From: an uncultured Gemmatimonadales bacterium
GTDB taxonomy: Bacteria > Gemmatimonadota > Gemmatimonadetes > Gemmatimonadales > Gemmatimonadaceae
NCBI GenBank assembly: GCA_963850905.1
Contig: CAWKMU010000003.1
Span: forward strand, 3,072,001-3,136,000
Length of the DNA: 64,000 nt
Reading direction: 5' to 3'
Position numbers and translations under genes: made by a program. Numbering within the stretch: position 1 is the stretch's first letter; each line of letters starts with the position of its first letter. Positions 43,405-54,647 of the stretch are shown piece by piece. The notes under the pieces are model-generated. The model was not told where the DNA came from and made no database searches. It was given only the letters and a program-made list of their open reading frames with translations.

Positions 43405-43728
43405 GTGGACACAGTAGTCGAACGCCGACTCCTTCGGCTGGTGGGATTGGGAGTGCGGAGCCGCGGCGCCGTGGTCGGCGTGCAACAAGTGCGCGACGCG
43501 GCACTGCGCAATCGATTAGCCTTCGCGGTTGTGGCGCCCGATGCATCGCGTCACAGCCTCGACAAGGTGTTACCGTTGCTGGCAGCTCGGCGCATTCGCT
43601 GGGTCGCCGGACCGAGTGCCAGTGCGCTCGGCGCAGCGGTCGGACGGGACGCGGCGGCGGCTGTCGGTATCGTGGACCGGCAGCTGGCAAAGGGCATCCG
43701 CGCGTTGGTGGACGCGAGCTCCGAGTGA
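43405..43728 (+). CDS. L7Ae/YlxQ family RNA-binding protein; start uncertain
   Basis: LVGLGVRSRGAVVG, VVAPDAS, LGAAVGR; position between nusA and infB. Confidence 0.85.
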   Translation: MDTVVERRLLRLVGLGVRSRGAVVGVQQVRDAALRNRLAFAVVAPDASRHSLDKVLPLLAARRIRWVAGPSASALGAAVGRDAAAAVGIVDRQLAKGIRALVDASSE

Positions 43729-43745
43729 GCTCATCAGGAGGCGGC

Positions 43746-46602
43746 GTGAGTAAGCTTCGAGTGCACGACATGGCAGGCGAGTTCGGCATATCGGCCGATG
43801 AGGTCATGGGCCTCCTCCGCACGATGGATGTGCCGGTTCGCACCCATTTCAGCCCACTCACCGACGAGCAGGTCGCGCGCGTCCGCGCGCGCTGGGAGCG
43901 CGAGAAGCGCGCGCGGGTCGAAAAGCCCGCACCCGCGCCTCGGCGGCGCCGCGGCGCTGCGGCGCCCTCCGAAGCGCCGGCCGCCGCGCCCCTCGGCGGA
44001 TGGCGGGACCGTCGTGCGCCGTCGCCCGCGACCTCCCGAGCCGTCACCGGCCGAAGTCGCCGCCGCCGAAGCCGCCGAGATCGCGGCTGCCGAAGCGGCG
44101 CGCGCGGCTGCGGCGTCCAGCGCAGCAGCGTCTATCGCGGAAGCCAGTGCGCCCGCAGCGGCGTCCACGGGCGCCGGCGTTCGTCGACGCCCTGCCGAGC
44201 CCCGAGAGTTCGCCCCGCCGGTCGAGAGTGCCCCCGCGGCACCCATGCCCGGCATAGCGGCCAGCGCGGGAGCCGCGCCGGCCGCTGCTCATAGTGCGGC
44301 GCCAGCCGTCCAGGGCACGGCTGACACGATTGCCACTCCGGCTCCGTCGGTTTCGGCGAGTACCGCCGCGCCGATGTCGCCCGCCCCGACTCCCGCGCCC
44401 GAGGTACGACGACCGAGCCCACCGTCGGCGCCGTATCCCCGCCAGGCTGCCGACGACCGCCCGCGGCCCCGTCCCATCGTGCCCGGCGCGCCGCGACCGC
44501 GCCCAGTCGCCAGCGGCGCGCCCTTCTTGCCACCGCGGCCGGTCGCGTCCGCCGCCCCCGGTGCAGGGACGGCTCCGCCTCGGCGTGAGGAGAAGCGCCC
44601 GCAAGGCCGCCAGCGGCGGCGGACCACCGATGGGCGGCGGACGACGGAAGAAGGGCAAGCGCGGCGCGGTCGATCAGGAAGCGGTGTCCGCCAACATCAC
44701 GCGTACCATGAGCGCGCTGCGGACGGCCCCCGCTCGACGCCCGGGACGCCGCACGTTCGATGACGGGGTGGCACGCGAGGAACTCGAGGCGCAGCGCGCC
44801 GCAGAGGCGGAGCGTGAGCGCAAGACTGTCCGCGTGAACGAGTTCATCACGGTCAGCGAGCTCGCCGACATCCTCAAGATCCCGGCGACCCAGATCGTCG
44901 CGTTCGCCCTCAAGAACCTCGGGCTGATGGTCACGATCAATCAGCGTCTCGACTTCGACCAGATCGAGCTGATCGCTGGCGAGTACGGCTTCCAGGCGGT
45001 CCGCGAAGAGGAGTACGCGGCCGATACGCAGGTCGAGGTCGAGGTGGATGAGCCCGAGGCGCTCGTTCGCCGACCGCCGGTCGTCACGATCATGGGCCAC
45101 GTCGACCACGGGAAGACGTCGCTGCTCGACTACATCCGAAAGGCCAACGTCGTCGCGGGCGAGGCCGGCGGCATCACGCAGCACATCGGCGCATATCACG
45201 TCTCGCTGCCGAACGGCAAGCAGATCACCTTCCTCGACACGCCGGGCCACGAAGCCTTTACCGCCATGCGCGCACGCGGTGCCCAGGTCACGGACATCGT
45301 CGTGCTCGTCGTCGCCGCCGACGATCAGGTGATGCCGCAGACGGTCGAGGCGATTTCGCACGCCAGGAACGCGGGCGTGCCGATCATCGTCGCCATCAAC
45401 AAGATCGATCTGCCCGACTGCGAACGTCGCAGAAGGTCAAGCAGGACCTGCTGGCCCACGGCGTCGTGCTGGAGGAGTTCGGCGGTCAGACGCTGTCCAC
45501 GGAGATCTCCGCGAAGAAGGGGACGAACATCCAGCCGCTGCTCGACCAGATGCTGCTGCAGGCCGAAATCCTCGACCTCAAGGCCAATCCGACGCGACGA
45601 GCGACGGGCACGGTGATCGAGGCGCAGCTCGACCCGGGCAAGGGACCGGTCGCCACCGTCCTGGTCCAGAACGGCACGCTGCGTGTGGGCGACGACTTCA
45701 TTTGCGGCATGTACGCCGGTCGCGTCCGTGCGCTGCTCGACGAACGCGGCAAGGGCGTCAAGGAAGCGGGCCCGGCGATCCCGGTGCAGGTGCTCGGCAT
45801 GGAGAAAGTGCCGACAGCCGGCGACTCGCTGGTCGTCGTGGACGATGCGACCAATGCGCGCGAGACCGCGCAGAAGCGCGAGCGCCTCGATCGCGAAGCG
45901 CGGAATCGCCGCACGTCGCGCGCTGGTGTGACGCTCGAGGACTTCATGGCGCAAGCCGCGGCCGGCGAGCGACGCACGCTGCCCATTGTGATCAAGGCGG
46001 ATCAGGGCGGCCCGGCTGAAGCGCTGGCCGACGCGCTGGCGCCAGCTGTCGACGAGCGAGGTCGAGGTCCAGGTCATCCACCGCGGCGTCGGTGCGGTGA
46101 CCGAGAGCGACATCCTCCTCGCCAAGGCGTCGGGCGCGATCATCGTCGGGTTCCATGTGCGGCCCGACAACAACGCGCGTGCGGCCGCCGAGCGCGAAGG
46201 CGTCGAGATCAAGCTCTACCGCATCATCTACGAGGCGGTTGCCGATGTGCGGGCCGCGCTCGAGGGACTGCTGCGTCCCGAGCAGCGGGAGGTCGTCGAT
46301 GGCGACGCGGTGGTGCGCGAGCTGTTCAAGGTGGCGCGCGTCGGGCACGATCGCCGGCTGCCTCGTCCGCACCGGTGTCATCAATCGCGAAGGTCGCGTC
46401 CGCGTCATTCGCGACGGCACGCAGATCTACGACGGGCGCATCGGATCGCTGCGGCGCTTCAAGGACGACGTCAAGGAAGTGCGGCAGGGCTTCGAGTGCG
46501 GTATCGGGATCGAGAACTTCAATGACCTGAAGGTCAACGACATCATCGAGGCGTACCGCACCGAACAAGTCGCGCGCACGTCTCGCTTCGACTTCGAACT
46601 GA
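43746..46602 (+). CDS. infB: Translation initiation factor IF-2, several apparent frameshifts
   Basis: AGGAGG + [54 protein letters not shown] spread over successive frames. Confidence 0.95.
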
Positions 46603-46616
46603 GGCACTGGCAGCAC

Positions 46617-47077
46617 ATGCCGCACGACACGCGTCGCTCGGATCGCGTGGCGGAGGCCATCCGCGAGGCGGTCGCGACGTTCCTCGCGGAAGGCGTCAAG
46701 GATCCGCGCATCACCGGGCTCGTGACGGTCACCGGCGCGCAGGCCAGTCGCGACCTGCGGCATGCGAAGGTGTTCGTCAGCGTCCTGGGCAGTGACGTCG
46801 AGCAGGGCCGCGACCCTCGAAGGGCTGCGCAGCCTGGCTGGCTACCTTCGGCCGCACCTCGGCCGGGAACTCCGGCTGCGCCTCGCCCCGGAGATCTCGT
46901 TTCAGCCTGGACGAGAGCATCGCGTATGCCGCGCGCATCGAGTCGCTGCTCGGCAGCGTGAAACCCAATGCGGCACCCGGCACGAAGGCGGAGTCTGGCG
47001 AAACGCCTCCGCCTTCAGGAGAAGGAGACGAGCCTCCCCCGCAACCCACATCCGGCGGCTCCGGTCCCGACGCGTGA
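46617..47077 (+). CDS. rbfA: Ribosome-binding factor A, apparent frameshifts ~46805 and ~46903
   Basis: [45 protein letters not shown] in successive frames. Confidence 0.9.
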
Positions 47078-47774
47078 CACCCGCGCGCGAAGGATTGTTG
47101 CTCGTCGACAAACCTGCCGGCCCAACCTCGCACGACGTGGTCGACGTCTGTCGACGCGCGTACGGCGAGCGCTCCGTCGGTCACCTCGGCACCTTCGACC
47201 CGTTCGCAACCGGGTTGCTGGTCCTGCTGTTCGGCCGCTCTACACGGCTCGCGGCGATTCATCCGCGCCGAGCCAAAGGTGTATCAGGCGACCGTGCGAT
47301 TTGGCACGGAAACGGACACCGACGACGTGACTGGAACCCCGGTTCGGACGGGCCCCATACCGTCCGCCGAGGCGATTCACGACGCCCTGGCGGACCTTAC
47401 GGGAGAGATTGAGCAGGTACCCCCGGCTTTTTCCGCGAAACACGTGCAAGGATCTGGCGGTCGTGCCTACACCGCGGCACGCCGAGGCACGCCCGCGGTA
47501 TTGGCACCCGCAACGGTTCGCGTCGATCGATGGGAGGTGCGGTCCATTCTCGACGATGTGGCTGAGTTCACCGTGACCTGCAGCACCGGGACGTACGTGC
47601 GGGCGTTGGCGAGAGATCTCGGTCGCGGCGCGGGGAGCGCTGCGCACCTGTCAGCCCTCCGCCGATGCGCCGTCGGGGATTTCAGGGTCGATGAGGCACA
47701 TACGTTGCGCGAGATTACAGCCACGGAAGGACCGCCTCCGTTGCGTGCACTCCGCGTGGTGGCCGAATGGTTGA
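47074..47774 (+). CDS. truB: tRNA pseudouridine(55) synthase, apparent frameshift ~47258; 3' end inferred
   Basis: DKPAGPTSHDVV, GHLGTFDPFATGLL; QVPPAFSAK, CSTGTYVRALARDLG. Confidence 0.92.
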
Positions 47775-48734
47775 GCCGATCGAGCTGCCCCAGACCGTGG
47801 GGCTCCCATCCGACGTCCGTGGCACGGTTGTCACGGTCGGCACGTTCGACGGCGTGCACCGAGGGCATCAACAAGTCCTCGCGCGCGTCGCCGCGCGTGC
47901 GGCCGAAGCGGGTTGGCGGAGCCTGCTCGTCACCTTCGAGCCGCATCCCCTCGAGGTCGTGAACCCGGCGGCGGCCCGACCATTGTTGTCCGTGGGCATG
48001 GAGAAGTTCGAGGTCCTCGCGGAAAGCGGCATCGACTACTGTGCGGTCCTTCCATTTACGCCGACATTGGCTCTTTACGAGCCGGCGGAGTTCATCGACC
48101 ACGTGCTCCGCAAGCGGTTTCGCATGCGCGAGATGGTGAGCGGATACGACAACGGGTTCGGTCGTGGGCGGGCTGGCGACATCGAGACCATCCGCGCACT
48201 GGGCGCCAGGCGGGGCTTCCGAGTCGAGGTGGTCCCACCGACGACGCTCGACGACGGCCGTCCTGTGTCCTCGACCTCGATCCGCCGATCAATAGCGGGG
48301 GGCGACCTGCGTGCCGCCGAACAGGAGCTTGGACGGTTGTACTCCGTGAGCGGTATCGTCGTGCCCGGTGAGGGCCGCGGACGCTCGCTCGGCGTACCGA
48401 CTCTGAACATCCCGCTGCCGCCGCCCCGAAAGCTGCTTCCCCCGAGGGGGTCTACGCCGTCCGGGTACAGACACCGGCTGGCCCGCGCGGCGGCATGCTC
48501 AACCTCGGCCCCCGCCCGACCTTCGACGACCCGCGCGTGCTCCTCGAGGCCCATCTCTTTGATACAGAAGGAGATTTCTATGGGGCATACGTGCGCATCG
48601 AATTCGTGACGCGCCTGCGCGAGGTTCGCCGATTCCGAGACGCTACCGCACTGCAGCTGCAGCTCGGACACGACGCGGCGCAGGCGCGCCGCGCCTTGGC
48701 CGGGCGCGTTGACTCACTCCGCCGGACGGGGTAA
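47767..48734 (+). CDS. ribF: Riboflavin kinase / FAD synthetase, apparent frameshift ~48443
   Basis: GTFDGVHRGH, TFEPHP, VSSTSIR, GRSLGVPTLN; NLGPRPTF, EAHLFD. Confidence 0.93.
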
Positions 48735-48737
48735 CCT
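48709..48737 (+). promoter_or_regulatory. Sigma70-type promoter for secDF
   Basis: TTGACT-17nt-TAACCT. Confidence 0.6.
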
Positions 48738-48840
48738 TCGTGGCTACGCGAAGTTGCGAAAACCAGGTGTGTCCCGCTGGCAGTAGGGGCCACCTTCACG
48801 TCGCCCGTTGTACCCGCTCCGGCATTTGCCGATTTCCAAC

Positions 48841-50565
48841 ATGAATCTCCGGTACCGATTGGTCATTATCGCGGCGCTCATCGCCGCGTCCATCTGGGCG
48901 CTTTTGCCGCGCACGGTCGTCGAGCGTGTCGACGCCGGTAACGGCGTCATCCGATTCGACACGGCCAAACAATTCCCCATCCGTGAAGGTCTCGATCTCA
49001 AGGGCGGCATGCACCTCACCCTCGAGATCAATCAATCCAAGGGGACCGTGGCCAATGTCGGCGACGCGATCGACCGGGCCATCAAGGTCATTCGCACCCG
49101 TATCGATCAATTCGGCGTGTCGGAGCCCGTGGTGCAGAAGGAGGGCACCGACCGCATCGTCGTCGAGTTGCCCGGGGTGCAGGATCAGCAGCGGGCGTAC
49201 GACATCGTCAAGGATGTTGCGTACCTCCAGATGCAGATCACTGACAAGACGCAGGCCCTCGAGAAGGTCGAGCCCCACATCGACGCGATCTTGAAGGGCA
49301 AGGGTTTCGGCGCGGCCGCGGCGACGGCGCCGGGCACGGCCGCCCCGACGAACCCAGGCGTCCAATCCCTATTCAGCCCTGCGCAGACTGATACGACGAA
49401 AAAGCCAGCAGACACGACGGCGGCGAAGAAGAAATTGGGGAAGGGCGCCAAGGCAGCTCCGGCCACCGACACGGCGCACCAGGACTCCACCAACCTTGGG
49501 GCACTTGGTGCAGGGCAGGGAACGTTTTCCCACCTCGTGCAACCCGGGAACATGCCCGGCGAGTACTACGTGGCGGAGACCGATGTCAACACCATCAAGA
49601 GCGCCCTGTCCCTACCGGATGTACAGGCGGCGCTCCCTCCCGGGAAAGTCATCCGGTGGTCCAACGATACGGCATCGATTTCTGGACGACCGTATCGCGC
49701 CCTGTACGTCCTGGATGCTCGGCCGATCATCACCGGCGAGTACATCATCAACGCGAACCCGCAAAGCGATCCGATCGAGGGGACGAAGGTCGACTTTCAA
49801 TTGAGCCGCGAAGGCGGCCGGCGGTTCGAGCTCGAGACGGCACGCCATATCAAGGATTACATGGCGATCGTGCTCGACAGTGTGGTCATGGGTCGGCCGC
49901 CAGTGATCGAAAGCGCGATCAGCACGAATGGCCAGATCACCATGGGCGGGCGCGACTTGCAGGCGGCGCAGGACTTGGCGCTCGTGCTTCGCGCCGGCGC
50001 GTTGCCGGTGCAGCTCAAGGTTGCCGAGGTGCGCCAGATTGGTCCCAGCCTCGGACAGGATTCTGTCAGGGATGGGATCCGCGCCGGGCTCATCGCCATC
50101 GCGCTGGTGGTGGTCATCATGGTTGTCTACTACCGCTTCTCTGGCATGCTCGCCGTTGGCGGTCTCGCGCTGTACGTCTTGTACACGCTCGCCGCGCTCG
50201 CGGGATTCGACGCGGTGCTCACGCTGCCAGGACTCGCGGGGTTCGTCCTTTCGATCGGTATCGCGGTCGACGCCAACGTGCTGATCTTCGAGCGCATACG
50301 CGAAGAGCTGGACCACGGCAAGACGCCGCGTCTGGCGATCGACGATGGCTTCCGCTTTGCCATGACGGCGATTGTCGACTCCAACGTGAGCACGGCACTG
50401 ACTGCCGCCGTCCTCTATACCTACGGCACTGGCCCGGTCAAGGGGTTTGCCGTCACACTCATCGCGGGCATTCTCGCTTCCATGGTGACCGCGATCTTCG
50501 TCGTTCGAACCTTCTACATGATCTGGCTCTCGCGCGTGCGAGCACCTCAGACCATCAGCATCTGA
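48841..50565 (+). CDS. secD: Protein translocase subunit SecD
   Basis: GLDLKGG, RIDQFGVSEP, LRAGALP, IGPSLG, AVDANVLIFERIREE. Confidence 0.96.
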   Translation: MNLRYRLVIIAALIAASIWALLPRTVVERVDAGNGVIRFDTAKQFPIREGLDLKGGMHLTLEINQSKGTVANVGDAIDRAIKVIRTRIDQFGVSEPVVQKEGTDRIVVELPGVQDQQRAYDIVKDVAYLQMQITDKTQALEKVEPHIDAILKGKGFGAAAATAPGTAAPTNPGVQSLFSPAQTDTTKKPADTTAAKKKLGKGAKAAPATDTAHQDSTNLGALGAGQGTFSHLVQPGNMPGEYYVAETDVNTIKSALSLPDVQAALPPGKVIRWSNDTASISGRPYRALYVLDARPIITGEYIINANPQSDPIEGTKVDFQLSREGGRRFELETARHIKDYMAIVLDSVVMGRPPVIESAISTNGQITMGGRDLQAAQDLALVLRAGALPVQLKVAEVRQIGPSLGQDSVRDGIRAGLIAIALVVVIMVVYYRFSGMLAVGGLALYVLYTLAALAGFDAVLTLPGLAGFVLSIGIAVDANVLIFERIREELDHGKTPRLAIDDGFRFAMTAIVDSNVSTALTAAVLYTYGTGPVKGFAVTLIAGILASMVTAIFVVRTFYMIWLSRVRAPQTISI

Positions 50566-50580
50566 CCGGGGCGTCGCCTC

Positions 50581-51618
50581 ATGCTTCGTATTTTTCATAA
50601 CACCACCTACGACTTCATCAAGCCATGGCGGATCATGGTGGTGATCACGGTCGCCTTCATTTCCGTCGGATTGATCCTGTTGGGGACAAGTAAGCTTCGG
50701 ACCGGAGCCGCGGTTCGATACAGCATCGACTTCACGGGTGGCACGAGCCTCCAGGTGCACTTCAACAAGCCGCCGGACGTCGGTGCACTCCGGTCGGCCC
50801 TCGATGCGGGTGGCGTGCACGACGCCAACATCCAGTCGTACGGCACGGACCGCGATTTCACTATCCGCGCGCAAGGTGCGGGCACGAACCCCAACGCTGA
50901 AGCGACCGCCGCCGGCGCGGAGGTGGTGGCGAATCAGATCAACACGATCTTCACGCAAAAGTTCGGGGCCGGGAATTTCCAGATCGTCCGCACCGATTCG
51001 GTTGGCCCGCGAGTTGGGAGTGAGCTAAGGCGCGGCGCGGTCGTCGCCATTCTGGTCTCCTTCCTCCTCACGCTGGGCTATCTCGCGGTCCGATTCGAGT
51101 GGCGGTTCGGTGTCGCGGCCGTCATTGCGACCGCGCACGACATCCTGACGACGCTCGCGTTCATCAAACTGCTCAACCTCGAAGTATCCCTCACGGTCGT
51201 GGCGGCCATCCTGACCGTGATCGGCTACTCGCTCAACGACACGATCGTCATCTTCGACCGCGTCCGTGAAGACCTCCGCAAGAAGCGGAGAGAGAGCCTC
51301 TACGACACGCTCAACCGGGCGATCAACGAGACCCTGCCACGATCGGTCATGACGCACGCGACCGCCTTCGCCGCGACGATGGCCTTGTTGCTCATCGCGG
51401 GTGAGGTGATTCGGCCGTTCGCCTGGGTCATGGCGTTCGGTATCGTCACGGGAACGTTCAGCTCCGTGTACGTGGCCGGCCCAGTCCTGCTGTGGATCGA
51501 GCGACGGTGGCCTCGCGAAACGAGCGGCCGGGAGCGCACGGGGAGCACGAAGTCGAAGTCGGCGACGCCCGCTTCGCCCGCGCCACGACCCGTTCGCGCC
51601 GCGTCCGTACGGCATTAA
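50581..51618 (+). CDS. secF: Protein translocase subunit SecF
   Basis: IDFTGG, VGPRVGSEL, HD, GYSLNDTIVIFDRVRE. Confidence 0.96.
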   Translation: MLRIFHNTTYDFIKPWRIMVVITVAFISVGLILLGTSKLRTGAAVRYSIDFTGGTSLQVHFNKPPDVGALRSALDAGGVHDANIQSYGTDRDFTIRAQGAGTNPNAEATAAGAEVVANQINTIFTQKFGAGNFQIVRTDSVGPRVGSELRRGAVVAILVSFLLTLGYLAVRFEWRFGVAAVIATAHDILTTLAFIKLLNLEVSLTVVAAILTVIGYSLNDTIVIFDRVREDLRKKRRESLYDTLNRAINETLPRSVMTHATAFAATMALLLIAGEVIRPFAWVMAFGIVTGTFSSVYVAGPVLLWIERRWPRETSGRERTGSTKSKSATPASPAPRPVRAASVRH

Positions 51619-51638
51619 GCGCGGGGGCTCCCGCACGG

Positions 51639-52424
51639 CTGTCGTTCTTCGACAGCCACGCCCACCTGGCCGACAGCGCGTTTGACGCCGATCGGGACCG
51701 CGTCGTCGACGCAGCTGTCGCAGCCGGGGCGGTCGGCCTGATCTGCATCGGCGAGTCCAGGCAGGCAGCGACGCGCGCTCGCACCCTGGCCGGTCGCTAT
51801 CCCTCGCTCGTCTCGAGCACGGCCGGCGTCCACCCTCACGACGCCGCCACGTACGACGCCAGCGCAGACCGCGAATGGATCCAGGCAGCGGTCGAGGGCG
51901 GAGCGGTCGCGATCGGTGAATGTGGACTGGACTACCACTACGACAACTCCCCGCGCGAGCGGCAACGCGCGGCGTTCGCCGATCAACTTGCCCTCGCAGC
52001 GGCCCTCGACCGTCCAGTCGTCGTCCATACGCGCGACGCCGAGCCGGACACACGCGCGCTGATCGAGGACGCGGCGCCACTCGGGGTGCGAGGGGTCTTG
52101 CACTGCTACACCGGCTCCATCGCCCTGGCAGAGGCGGCAATGGCGACCGGTTGGTACGTGTCCTTCAGTGGCATCGTGACGTTTGCCAAATGGAACGCCG
52201 ACGACGTCGTGCGCGCGATCCCGCGCGACCGGCTGCTGGTGGAAACCGATGCCCCCTACCTCGCGCCAGTACCGGTTCGCGGTCGGCGCAATGAGCCGCA
52301 GTTCGTCCCTCATATCGTGAGCCGTCTGGCGACGGTCCGTGGCGAGACGGCTACGGACTTGGCGTTGGCGACGACACAAAACGCACGGCGACTCTTTGGA
52401 CTGGCGACGGATGGGTCGCTCTAG
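51639..52424 (+). CDS. TatD family hydrolase; start codon uncertain
   Basis: DSHAHL, GVHPH, IGECGLDY, HTRDA, LHCY, ETDAPYLAP. Confidence 0.9.
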   Translation: MSFFDSHAHLADSAFDADRDRVVDAAVAAGAVGLICIGESRQAATRARTLAGRYPSLVSSTAGVHPHDAATYDASADREWIQAAVEGGAVAIGECGLDYHYDNSPRERQRAAFADQLALAAALDRPVVVHTRDAEPDTRALIEDAAPLGVRGVLHCYTGSIALAEAAMATGWYVSFSGIVTFAKWNADDVVRAIPRDRLLVETDAPYLAPVPVRGRRNEPQFVPHIVSRLATVRGETATDLALATTQNARRLFGLATDGSL

Positions 52425-52568
52425 GTAAGATGCGCGACGCGCGGCCGCGCCAGTCCACCTGGGCTGCGCCAGCGCGCTGACGAATTACACGCCACGGGCC
52501 GTGTCCCGACACCGATCACCGGCCTTCGCCGGCGTCGAGCGGCGGCCTGCGGCCTCCGGGAGCATCAT

Positions 52569-54245
52569 TTGGCCACTGTACCGACGGATATCGAGATCGC
52601 CCAACGCACGTCACTTCGTCCCATCATCGATGTGGCTGCAGAACTCGGGCTCGGGCCCGACGATCTGGACACCTATGGGAAGTACAAGGCGAAGGTCTCG
52701 CTCGACATAGCGCGCGGCGCACCTCGTGGACGCCTGGTGCTGGTCACCGGCATCAACCCTACCGCCGCGGGCGAAGGCAAGACGACGACCACGGTCGGAC
52801 TGACCCAGGCGCTGCGGCGACTGGGTCACCGCGCAGCCTTGTGCATCCGGGAGCCCAGCTTGGGGCCAGTCTTCGGCCTCAAAGGCGGCGCGGCGGGCGG
52901 AGGGTACGCACAGGTCGTTCCCATGGAGGACATCAATCTCCACTTCACCGGGGATTTCCACGCCATCGCCAGCGCCCATGGCTTGCTCTCCGCGATGCTG
53001 GATAACCACCTGCAGCAGGGGAACGCCCTCGGGATCGACCCCCGGCGCATCACGTGGCCGCGGACCATTGACATGAACGATCGGGCGCTACGCGACTGCG
53101 TGATCGCATTGGGCGGTGTCGCGAACGGCGTCGTGCGGCAGGAGCGGTGGGTGATCGTCCCGGCGAGCGAGATCATGGCGATCATCGCGCTCGCATCGGA
53201 CCTGCAGGACCTCGAGGCGCGGCTGAGCCGCATCATCGTCGGCTCGACGGCTGGTGCCGCCCGCCGGCCCGTGCGGGCCAGTGACCTCAAGGCGGCGGGC
53301 GCCATGACCCTCCTGCTCAAGGACGCACTCCGCCCGAATCTGGTGCAAACGCTGGAGGGCGGCCCGGCATTCGTGCACGCGGGCCCGTTCGGGAACATTG
53401 CCCACGGCTGCAACAGTCTCGTGGCCACCAAGACGGCGCTGGCGCTCGCCGATGTCGTCGTCACCGAAGCGGGCTTCGGTTCCGACCTCGGCGCCGAGAA
53501 ATTCTTCGACATCAAGTGTCGCATCGGCGGCCTCGAGCCTCAGGCGGCGGTGGTGGTCGCCACCGTGCGCGCGCTGAAGATGAATGGCGGTGCACGGAAG
53601 CAGGACCTCGGCCGCGAAGACATGGCGGCACTCATGTGCGGGCTTCCGAACCTGGAGAAGCACGTCGCCAACGTGCAGCAGTTCGGCGTGCCGGTCGTCG
53701 TCGCCCTCAACCGCTTCACCAGCGACACGGATCGCGAGTTGAGCGCCGTCGTGAATTGTGGCCAGGCGGCGGGCGTGCCGGTTGCGATGACGGAGGTGTG
53801 GGAACGGGGTGGCGCCGGGGGCGAGCAGCTCGCACACGCCGTGCTCGAGCTGCTCCGAACCGCACACTCGCGGTACACACCGCTTTATGCGACAAACTTG
53901 CCCATTCGTCAGAAGATCGACACGATCGTGCGCTGTGTGTACGGCGGCGACGGCGTCGACTTCTCCACTTCAGCCGAGCGCACGATCGATTATCTCGAAT
54001 CGATCGGCCTGGGGGAAACACCGGTGTGCATGGCCAAGACGCAGTACTCGCTTACGGATGACCCCACGGTCCTCGGCCGGCCGAGCGGCTTCCGCATCAC
54101 GGTCAACGAGGTGTACCCGGCCGCGGGGGCCGGGTTTGTGGTGGCGCAGGCTGGCGACATCATGACCATGCCGGGGTTGCCGAAGGAGCCCGCGGCGGAG
54201 CGCATGGCGGTGCACGCCGATGGATCGATCGTGGGGCTCTTCTAG
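52569..54245 (+). CDS. fhs: Formate--tetrahydrofolate ligase
   Basis: TDIEIAQ, PTAAGEGKTTT, KGGAAGGGYAQV, VTEAGFG, CMAKTQYS, IMTMPGLP. Confidence 0.96.
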   Translation: MATVPTDIEIAQRTSLRPIIDVAAELGLGPDDLDTYGKYKAKVSLDIARGAPRGRLVLVTGINPTAAGEGKTTTTVGLTQALRRLGHRAALCIREPSLGPVFGLKGGAAGGGYAQVVPMEDINLHFTGDFHAIASAHGLLSAMLDNHLQQGNALGIDPRRITWPRTIDMNDRALRDCVIALGGVANGVVRQERWVIVPASEIMAIIALASDLQDLEARLSRIIVGSTAGAARRPVRASDLKAAGAMTLLLKDALRPNLVQTLEGGPAFVHAGPFGNIAHGCNSLVATKTALALADVVVTEAGFGSDLGAEKFFDIKCRIGGLEPQAAVVVATVRALKMNGGARKQDLGREDMAALMCGLPNLEKHVANVQQFGVPVVVALNRFTSDTDRELSAVVNCGQAAGVPVAMTEVWERGGAGGEQLAHAVLELLRTAHSRYTPLYATNLPIRQKIDTIVRCVYGGDGVDFSTSAERTIDYLESIGLGETPVCMAKTQYSLTDDPTVLGRPSGFRITVNEVYPAAGAGFVVAQAGDIMTMPGLPKEPAAERMAVHADGSIVGLF

Positions 54246-54247
54246 CC

Positions 54248-54637
54248 ATGGCCGCGCATCGGACCATCCAGACCTCCGACGCCCCCGCGGCGATCGGACC
54301 ATACTCGCAGGGCACCGTGAGCCAGGGGTTGGTGTTCACGGCGGGCCAGATCGCGCTCGACCCCGCCACCGGCCAGGTCATCGAGGGAGATGTCGCCGCG
54401 CAGACGGAGCGCGTGCTCAAGAACCTGACCGCCGTCCTCGGAGCAGCCGGAGCATCGTGGGGAGACGTTTTGAAGACAACGGTGTATCTCCGTCACATGA
54501 CTGACTTCCCGGTAGTCAACGAAGTGTACGGCCGCGTGCTCGGGTCGGCGCGTCCGGCCCGCTCGACCGTCGAAGTCTCTGGCCTGCCTCGAGGCGTCCT
54601 GGTCGAGATCGAGGCGATCGCCGCTGCACGGGGATAG
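54248..54637 (+). CDS. RidA/YjgF family reactive intermediate deaminase
   Basis: APAAIGPYSQ, AGQI, PARSTVEVSGLP..VEIE. Confidence 0.92.
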   Translation: MAAHRTIQTSDAPAAIGPYSQGTVSQGLVFTAGQIALDPATGQVIEGDVAAQTERVLKNLTAVLGAAGASWGDVLKTTVYLRHMTDFPVVNEVYGRVLGSARPARSTVEVSGLPRGVLVEIEAIAAARG

Positions 54638-54647
54638 CGGCGCGATT

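Noticed and set aside
43746..48734. Pseudogenes or programmed frameshifts in infB-rbfA-truB-ribF
   Set aside because: Essential functions, intact motifs, no shared slippery sites; error is more parsimonious
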